DNA from: the human T2T-CHM13v2.0 reference genome, Homo sapiens
Assembly (NCBI RefSeq): GCF_009914755.1
Contig: NC_060930.1
DNA length: 64,000 bases
Direction: 5' to 3' (one strand)
The translations under genes and the position numbers were made by a program. This document shows positions 54,157 to 64,000 of this stretch, one piece after another; position 1 is the stretch's first letter; every line of letters begins with the position of its first letter. Under the pieces are notes generated by a model. It saw only the letters and a program-made list of their open reading frames with translations. It was not told the DNA's origin and searched no databases.

Positions 54157-54880
54157 CTATTGGTTTGCTAGGGCTACCATATAAAATATCACACACTAAG
54201 TGGCCTAAGCAACAGAAATTTATTTTCTCACAGTTCTCATAGTTCTGGGGGCTGGAAGGCCAAGATCAAGGTGTTGGCAGGTTTGGTTTGTGCTGAGGCC
54301 TCTCTCCTTGGCTTGTAGGTGGCCGCCTTCTTTCTGTGTCCTTACATGGTCTTTCCTCAGTGCACGAGCCTTTGAGTGTTCTTGTCCGTAAAATTTCCTC
54401 TTCTTAAAAGGACACCAGTCAGTTGGATTAGGGCCCATGCTAACAACCTTATTTTAACTTAATAGCCTTAAAAATTTTATTATTATTTTTATTATTTTAG
54501 AGACATGGTCTCGCTCTGTCACCCAGACTGGAGTGCAGTGGTGCAACTATGGCTCACTGCAACCTTGAACTCCTGGGCACAAGTGATCTTCCCACTCCAA
54601 CCTCCTGAGTAGCTGGGACTACAGGTGTGCATCACCACATCTGGCTAATTTTTAAATTTTTTGCAGAGACAGGGTCTCACTGTGTTGCCTAGGCTGGTTT
54701 TAAACTCCTGGCCTCAAGTGATCCTCTTGCCTTGGCCTCCCTAAGTGCTGAGCCACTGCGCCCAGGCCTTAATCATGTTTCTAAAGGTCCTATCTCCAGA
54801 TATGGTCACATTCTGAGGTTCTAAGGGTTAGGGCTTCAATATATGAATTTCAGAGAACATGTAATTCAGCCCATAACAGT
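54157..54880 (-). mobile_element. MLT1-type LTR containing an AluJ (~54475-54768, minus strand)
   Basis: CAACAGAAATTTATTTTCTCACAGTTCT...AATTCAGCCCATAACA. Confidence 0.82.
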
Positions 54881-56684
54881 CACCATTAGTCCAATAACTA
54901 ATGTAGTGCCTGGTACATGATAGATGATACATCTTTTTGTACTCATTTGTTGAGTGAGTTCAAAAACTTTGATAATGTCATTGGTGAGGCACATTTACTT
55001 AGAGCTTCTTGTTAAGCCAGAGCATCGGGTTTTTAAGCTTCTTTCCTTCCTACACACCTTAATGGTCATCCGTTGTGTCATGGAAAGTCATCTGGTCATG
55101 TATATAACTTGTATGACACCCTCCCTTCCACAGAGGATGCTGTATAGTAAGCGTGTGTCTCACACTCGCAGGCAGAGAGCCTGTCCTATCCACGTCGTTG
55201 CCACCTGCCCTACGTGCAGCAGGCTGCGATGGTGACCCAGGCTCCCAGCTGTCATTCTCCAGCCCTCCTTTTGGCAAATGCTTGACATGCATCTCCACAT
55301 TTCCTTTATTTCCTTCAAATTGGGAAGAAAAAAAAATAGAATCTGTCAAAGATCTCCTGCTACTTGTGTGGGGAGAAGGGGAGCCTCAACAACTTACCCA
55401 TTGTCTAGGCGTTGCTCTACCAGTCTTTCAGGAAAAAGAAAAAAAAAAGCCCCAAAACTTTGATCCCTGGGGAGGTGAAGCGGAAGTTGATCTTCACCAT
55501 TAAATTTTTTTATAGATAGCAAAGTCCATGCTTCCACCTGCATCCAAAGCACAGAGGCAGCTGGCAGAACAAAGCACCAGAGAAAAATAGCTGACCAGAA
55601 TCTCTTAAATTGCCTGTGTACAGGTGCAGCTTGTTTTTCATCTTGGTGGCAGCCACTAGTGATTGACAATGTTTTACCCAGAGGACTTAACCCTTTTTTT
55701 GCCTAGATGAGCCAAAGAGACCAGTCTCATGGTTTAGAAAACAGTTCATACCCCTCTGTAGGTTCTAAGCATTCAGCCCAAAGGCATGGGAACTGTACTT
55801 CGAACTAATGCCACCTGCAACAAAAGAAGGAATGACACGATGTCAGAGAAAAAGTTTTAAAAAAATATTGCTAGGTCTCTCCAGCTTTGAAGCCAAGGCT
55901 GGGGCATGTCTTATTTTTTTAATCAATAGATAGATGGAGACAGCATGTGACGAATGTGCCTCTGGAATGGGATGCGTTACAAGTTGAACTCTCTGGGTGT
56001 TAAGTCTTAAGCTACCTGTCCCAGAAAACCAATCCCTTTATGCCCTCAGCTTTTTTTTTTTTTTTTTGGATTACCATTAAACAAATTATTTTAGATGGTA
56101 GCAAGCAGTAGAGAGGAGACAACATCGTGCGGCCTAGTTTAAAAACCTCCAAAGACAGAGAACTGGGCAGCTTCACTGGTCCTGAGCTGGTTCGGTTGTG
56201 TTTCCCCCAGGATTCCCATTGCATCTCACCTGGGTTACTTTTCATAGTTGTGTGCAAGGACATTTGCCACTGGGGAGTCCCCCACCCAAGTGGTTGCATT
56301 TGTGTGGAGACCAGACAGACAGGACTATAGGGAGAATGCTCTCTCTCTGGTGGTTTTGAGGGAGCGTTGATGGAGGAATGAATTGGGAGATTACACTGGG
56401 ATGTGGGCAATCTTTATTAAAGGAAGAAGCAAAAACTGTGAGTACTGCAGGAATGGCTCTCAGGACCATCACAAGAGTTAAACATTTGGAAAGAAGCTAA
56501 GCACAAGGGAGGAATAACCTCCTAAACACTGAGCCCTCCTAGGGAGAGAAGGGAAGTTGGTAACTGGTGATTATAAGCTAGCACTTCAAGGGAAGGCCCC
56601 AGAGCTGTTGGGGTGGGGGCGGAGGTGCTCCTCAGCAGGGTCCTGAGGCAAGGCAAAGAGCTTGCTTTAAAAATATATGTATTA

Positions 56685-56988
56685 CTTTTTTTAGAGACAG
56701 GGTCTTGCTGTGTTGCCCAGGCTAGACTGCAGTGATGCAATCAGGGCTCACTGCAGCCCTGACCTCCCGAGCTCAAGTGACCCTCCCACCTCAGCCCCCC
56801 TGAGTAGCTGGGACTACAGGCATGTACCACCATGCCCAGCTAATTTACTTTATTTGTAATTTAACTTTTGTAGGGATGGGGGTGTCTGTATATTGCCCAG
56901 GCTGGCTTCCAACTCTTGACCTCAAGCGATCCTCCTGTCTTGCTTCTCAATGTGTTGGGATTACAGGTGTGAGCCACAGTGCCCAACC
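56685..56988 (-). mobile_element. Alu (J-like)
   Basis: Full dimer flanked by AAGAGCTTG. Confidence 0.9.
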
Positions 56989-58524
56989 AAGAGCTTGTTA
57001 ATGAAGTGTTAGTAGTGTGGATCCCATGGCTTCTCATTCTGGTAGCTGCATTGTAAATCACCTTCTCTCAGCACAAGGAACACTACAGATGACCATTCTT
57101 GATGATGAACATGCCCGAAACATACCGTAACACAAGCACAGAGCATGAGCTCAATAACTCACAGCCATGGAGCAGTGTTTTGGCTTCTGAATGGAAAAAA
57201 TGACATGTACACAACTCTGATACTTCCTTAAAGAGGCTTAGTAAAATCATCACACTTGCCCAGCCAGGGAGCTCCCCATTCTATGTCTTTGGCTTTGACA
57301 TGGCCTTTGAAATGAGTCCATGCGAGGTTGAAGGCATCTGTCTAGATGTTCAGGTCTCCATACTCACACCTGTTAACCTGGCAGTAAAATAATCAAAGGA
57401 ACTCTGTGGCCTGGAAAGCAATCCATCTCATTGATAAATCAAACCTTTTGTATGAATCTTGATAAAACTGTGTGGCCAAAAGTGATTGAATTTAAAAATT
57501 TTGAATTTTCATGAATTGTTTTGATCTTAGACATAGATCACACCTGTTAGTGATTGTGCATGAAATAAACTACCAGGATTATGTGGGAATCATAGCCTTG
57601 GCACCATGGTGGTAATCAAAATGAGGCAGACGCTTGGATGCAGGTCAACTTCATCAGAACAATAGGTGCTGTCAACCAGACAGAGATACTGTAAGGAGTA
57701 GCCTCAGACATGCTACAAGCCGAGGTCAGGAGACGCACCTCCTCCCCGTCGGAGTCTAGGGTAGGCATATCTACACCAAGCCTCTGCTTCCATCCAATTC
57801 ACAGAAGCTGCATGAATGGTAAGAAGATCTCTTTAAGTTCTGCTTCAATATTTATCCCTTTCACTTGTACTGCTGTCACCACTACAAGCTGGAAGCAGAG
57901 AACTCCCAGGCCCAGAGAGGCCCATGGGGACACTGAGAGCTGCTGATTTTCTTTTCCCTTTGGCCATTTTATGAGGGAGACACCACGCACATTCTAACAG
58001 ATTCATGCACAAGGGGTTATAGTATGCTCTATATTCTTGGCCTTGAAAATTTTTTTTTTAAGTTTGTAAAGGTAATTATGATTGTTTACAGTACTGAGGG
58101 CAAAGCCCCACCCTGGGCTCCAGGCCAGGGGCTCTGGGAGTTGAGTGTAGTGGGGTGAGCCAAGTCCAAGACAAAAGCACAATTATGCTCACCTAAAAAC
58201 CCACACTGGTGGTAGGGGGATGAAGGAAACACCTACACAAATGGGAGGTGTGTGGAGGGAGGGGCTTCCTTTGAAGTTTTGCATAAATCGTATTAATTTT
58301 TTTCCTATAGAGCTGGGAATGAAGATTCTTGGTTTTCATCCTGTATCTCTTATTGAGTATTGAGCTGTGCCATAAGGAAATGGGCTTCCTTCTTACTTGA
58401 TTTGCCAATGTTTAAAACTGAACTTTAAAGAAAAGAATTTTGGAAGAATTAAGAGGAAAACAGGACACCTTGTACAAGGTTTCATAAAGCTTTCTTAATT
58501 TTTTTGGCCAAAAGAAACAAGTCA

Positions 58525-58836
58525 GCCCCGGTGCAGTGGCTAACACCTGTAATCCAAGTACTTTGGGAGTCCGAGGCAGGCGGATCACCTGAGGTCAGGA
58601 GTTTGAGACCAGCCTGACCAACATAGTGAAACCCCATCTCTACTAAAAATACAAACCAAAAACAAAAACAAGAACAATTAGCTGGGCGTGGTGGTGCGCA
58701 CCTGTAATCCCAGCTACTCAGGAGGCTGAGGCAGGAGAATTGCCCGAACCCAGGAGGCGGAGGTTGCAGTGAGTGGAGATCGCATCACTGTACTGCAGCC
58801 TGGGCAACAGAGCGAGACTGACTCAAAAAAAAAAAA
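58525..58836 (+). mobile_element. Alu (S-like) with an expanded middle A-rich linker
   Basis: Full dimer with CAAGTCA flanks. Confidence 0.92.
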
Positions 58837-60392
58837 GTACTCAAGTCAGACACCAAAAGACTCTCTTTTTTAAGCCCATCTCCCTTCTTTCTGATCCAGG
58901 TCCGTTTTCTACTTATGAAAGTTTAAACACCACAGGGTGAAAAATTGTTGCTACAGTCTATTGGGTTCGCTGGGTCAGGAAATAATTAGCAAATACTCAA
59001 CTACTTGCATACGTTACCTTCCTGTTAACTCTGCTGTACTTTTTCTGCCTGCCGGGATTAAGGCCAGATGATTATTTGTCCTAATGTTATGAATCATTGA
59101 CAAGAAAAGCTTGTAATGGCAGTGTTGACATGCCTTTACATCCATTGGCACCACAAGGTAACCAGGAGCAATCAGTGACAGGGAAAACTGGAACATATTG
59201 TGGAGGAAGCGGGGGCGGGGCCCCCTCCCTGGCCTCAGAATGGCTGGAGCAGGAATTCCTCACTACCTGCTTCAGTTCCCAAAAGGCAGGCTCTAGAGAT
59301 TTGGTACCACAGTTCAGAAGAACAACCACAGGGAGAAGAATTTTCCCCTTTAGTCCAGGAGGAATATGATTTTTAGGAAACAGACGCAGAAACCTGACCT
59401 TGGCTCACAGCCGCCTTGGTGAAGCCAAGGGCTAAGTTTCGGGGCACTGGCCTGCCCTTCATTGCTGCACACACCCAGATACACACACCTGAGAGAGCTT
59501 GAGCAATCGGCTCTGTACGCCCAGCTCTGCACTGCCTGGCAGCAAAGAGGAAAGGGGAATTACAGGCAGGCTTGACTTGAAACACTGCTCTGGCCCCACC
59601 TGAATTCCAGGTGCCCCAGGGAGTCCCTTCAACCACCTGGAATTGAGGCTGTTTCAAGGTACAGATGCAGTGTGTGTTTGTCTTGCTTTTGTTTGCACCT
59701 TCTACCAGCTGGAAGCCAGAAGGTGTGGGGCTCTGCAAACAATTTTGATGTAAATAAAGAGAATGTAAGAATTAAAAAGACACCTTGCAGCTGAGCCCAG
59801 GGCAGAGGGGCGGGGGTACAGGCTAAGAGAGGAGGGAGGTGGAAAGCGGGGAGGAGTGGAAATAGATTTCCTCTAGGAAATAGAAATAGACACAGGGCCA
59901 ATGTGGGATGATGTGATCCTACTGCATATTTTCCATATGTTAATATCCCTCCATACGATTCCTCCTCAGATCGGTTATTGATAGATAGAAAATAAGCCTG
60001 TGGGCCTAGATCTGCCTCTGCTCTTTATTTATTGAATGTGCCTACTATGTGCCAGCACTAAGGTAAGCACTGGGAATAGATGTGAAAACACATTATCATG
60101 TGACAGACAGCAAATTAACACCTACGATGAGGCTGTTTATGGTGCAACAAGGGCTGCGAGTGACAAAGGGCCATCTCCGTCTCCTTAGGACAGTGAGAGA
60201 ACATGCCAAGAAGGAAGATCTTCCACAAGGACCTCTCCTTTCATCCCAAAGCAACCCTAATAGTCATAATTCTTACAAGGGTGTGGAACGCATTGGGGAT
60301 GGTCTTCTATTCACCATTCTTTTTGGACTAGGATAACTTCTCTGTATCACATAAATTTCGAAGAAAAAAAAAAGTTTACTTAAACGTTAAAG

Positions 60393-60687
60393 GTTTTTTT
60401 GTTTTTGTTTTTTTCTTTGTTACCCAGGCTGGAGTACAGTAGCACAATCACAGGTCACGGCAGCCTCGACCTTCTAGGCTCCAAGCGATCCTCCCATTTC
60501 AGCCTCCCAAGTAGCTGGGACCACAGGCACATGCCACTATGCCTGGCTAATTTTTTTGTATTTTTTTGTAGAGACAGGGTTTCAACCATGTTGCCCAGGC
60601 TGGTCTCAAACTCCTGGGCTTAAGCGATCACCCCGCTTTGGCCTCCCAAACTGTTAGGATTACAGGTGTGAGCCACTGTGCCTGGCC
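60393..60687 (-). mobile_element. Alu (J-like)
   Basis: TSD-like TAAAYGTTAAAGGTT. Confidence 0.9.
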
Positions 60688-60834
60688 TAAATGTTAAAGG
60701 TTGATGTAAATATATAAATATTTCCAGAGCAATATGCAACCATGAGATCATTTTGATCAACCTATTTTGTTGAAGATTGTTTTGTAAAAGGTATTAGAAA
60801 TTTGGAAAATACTAAATGTTTAGCTTGCTTCACT

Positions 60835-61153
<319 letters not shown>

Positions 61154-61189
61154 TAAAAGAAATACAGTGTATAGTTTGGCACACTCAAG

Positions 61190-61450
61190 GGCAGTAACCT
61201 AATGATTAAGAGGGGAATTTTGGAGTCAGACATCCCAGAAATCTGATCCTGACACCCCAACTTAAAAGCTGTGTGATCTCAGACACACTGTTTAACCTTT
61301 CTGAGCTTTAGGGTTTTTGTTTTGTTTTCAAATGGAAGTAGTAATATCTACCTTGTAAGTTTATTCTGAATATTAAATGAGATAGTGCACATTTCCTAAC
61401 AAGAATCCTAGTTTACCTAGTGTGTGCTCAGCAGATGCTAGCTATTATTA
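61190..61450. mobile_element. MIR
   Basis: TTGGAGTCAGAC...TTAACCTTTCTGAGC...ATTAAATGAGATA. Confidence 0.75.
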
Positions 61451-61617
61451 AAATTAGTCTATAATTATGAATAATTATAACAATAAACACTTTTTCTTTT
61501 CCTGATAAATTATGACTCTGTACATAGAACAAAGTAAATTGGAATAATGGCAATTATTTTGTGAACTTAATAGCTGCAGCCTACTAAAGTGGTTAAATAA
61601 ATTTTTAAGCAGAGTGA

Positions 61618-61966
<349 letters not shown>

Positions 61967-62355
61967 TAAGAGTGATTTATTTAATATGATAAATGCCAAA
62001 ATTACATTTCTCTGGCTGTGTAGACAGAGTGGGTGCCATAGTGAGGTTACCCACAATGGCCTCCATTCTTAAGGAGCTGACCAGACTAACATTGATACTT
62101 AGAAGTATAGTTACACAAATCCTCAGAAGGAGTATAAACTCAAAAGTTGAAAGCACATCAAGAGTAAATTAAAGGTGTTCAGCAGCATTGCTGTCAGTCA
62201 CATAGAAACCCGAGTGACAGTGCCCTGACCATGAGCAGATGAGGCTGAACTAAACTAGTGCCAGAGGACGTTGAGTTCCATGTCTTTCCTCCATCCAGTC
62301 AGTATAAGCGTGACTTCTACACCTCTGCCTCGTGGTCATCAGGGTGCTCTTGAAA

Positions 62356-62655
62356 CTTTTTTTTTTTTTTTTTTTTTTTTTAGATGGAGTCTCGCTCTGT
62401 CGCCCAGGCTGGAGTGCAGTGGTGTGATCTCATGGTAACCTCTGCCTCCTGGGTTCAAGTGATTCTCCTGCCTCAGCCTCCTGAGTAGCTGGGACTACAG
62501 GTGCATGCCACCATGCCTGGCTAATTTTTGTATTTTTGGTAGAGATGGGGTTTCACCATGTTGGTCAGGCTGGTCTCGAACTCCTGACCTCGTGATCTGC
62601 CTGCCTCTGCCGCCCAAAGTGTTGGCATTACAGGCGTGAGCCACTACATCTGGCC
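62356..62655 (-). mobile_element. Alu (Sg/Sc-like)
   Basis: CCTGACCTCGTGATC diagnostic and a long T tail. Confidence 0.9.
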
Positions 62656-63649
62656 AAAACTTCTAATGTCAACACTGCTGGCTGGGCTGGATATTGGGCT
62701 TGCTTGTTGAACAAAGAGTTGTTCGAAGCTTTTAGATTTTTTTTTTTAGATTATAAAAATATGGGTGATGCAAAGGACTAGGTTCACTTAATGGCACGAA
62801 GACTAACCCAAGGAACTGTGAATCCTTATCGTTGGATGATCAGACTCAGCCACAGTGATGCTCTGGACTTTTGTTTATGAATCTAGGAATCTTTTCTCTC
62901 AGATAACTATTGAAATTGTAAATAAAAAAGTGACCGAGATATCAGATTCACAGGCAACAATGTTTAGATATACAAATTTTTAGAAGTCTTTTGAGGGCTA
63001 TTTACCCACAAATGAATGAGAATGCAAAATATGATGCAAAGCAGATTTAACCTTCTGGCTAATTTGCCTCAATAAAAAAAGTTAAAGACATAAAAGGAAG
63101 ATTACATCCCACATTTTAAGATTGTGTCTTTATGTAAATAAAAAGTTACTCAGCATGCACTTCAGGCATGAGTGAAGGTCTCTAAGTTCACAGCGTGGAA
63201 GGGACTGCCGTCTGGGATTCCCCAGCATCAGGAGCAGACTGAGACAGTGATCAGTAGTCGTGTTAATGGTTAAATTTTGAGTTCAGTGAATGCTACTGGC
63301 TGAAGTCAGGCAGAGAAGAAGAAAAAAGGGAGCCAGAAATGAGAAAAAAAGAGAGTGTGATATAGGGAAGAGAGAATGAAAAAAGAAAGAAGACAGCTGT
63401 GACCACGGGAAGCTATGGTAGAATGACTAATGAAATACTTTTAGATTTCTCCATAAATTCCCTATTCTTGCTGGGCATTTAGAATTTTAAAAAGATTATA
63501 TTCCATTTGAGAACATTCTGTGATACTGAGCAATTATAAGAATTGTCTCAGGCAGAAAAGATATATTGAATAATACATGTTGATTGATAGATGGAGAATA
63601 TTAGTAGATTGTTATTTCAGCCTTTCTATTGTGATCCACACCCAGGTCC

Positions 63650-64000
63650 GAACAGCATTTTCAGCCTCCTACTGTGTGCCAAGTCAGTGGCTGGTGTCAT
63701 GCATACAAAGATGTGCATGATAGCATTTCTAACTTTCGTGAGCTCACAATCTATAGGTATGTCAGTTTCAATGTTCTGTGCTAATGTCTTGATAGGCATT
63801 AGGTGTAGGGCATAATGAGAACACTGGGAGGTAACTCACCCAACGTTAACAGATCAGGAAAGGAATCTTAGTGCATGTGACATTTGAGATGAAACCAGAA
63901 TGGTAATACCCAGGAAAGGCACTGGGAAAAAACTGTTTTCAAGTAGCAAGAACTCAAAGGCTTGGAGTGTCAATGGTCATCGGAGGGAAGTAGTATGGTC
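63650..64000. mobile_element. L2 3'-region fragment
   Basis: CTACTGTGTGCCA...GAGCTCACAATCTA...GACATTTGAG. Confidence 0.6.

Overview
Human genomic DNA from the 3' end of the MYB proto-oncogene and the region downstream of it. I place it at 6q23.3, towards AHI1, from recall of the sequence rather than an alignment. The window holds the distal ~6.1 kb of the last MYB intron, the terminal coding exon (6110-6226, ...ARKYVNAFSARTLVM*) and a ~1.2 kb AU-rich, miRNA-site-rich 3'UTR with its poly(A) signal. About 56 kb of repeat-rich intergenic DNA follows. It carries the Made1-derived MIR548A2 hairpin, several ERV LTRs (MER51, a MER39-like remnant, two MER41, LTR17/HERV-W, a collapsed LTR7, THE1, MLT), DNA transposon fossils and microsatellites. 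About 38 Alus lie across the whole window, one of them a near-consensus AluYa5. None of the ORFs in the supplied track is a credible gene. I found no new multi-gene system. The most unusual observation is an inverted, target-site-duplicated local copy (11306-11581) of one specific MYB-intronic Alu plus its unique flank, so that a private inverted repeat brackets the MYB terminal exon and 3'UTR. Repeat boundaries and subfamily calls were made by eye and are approximate unless a TSD is quoted.
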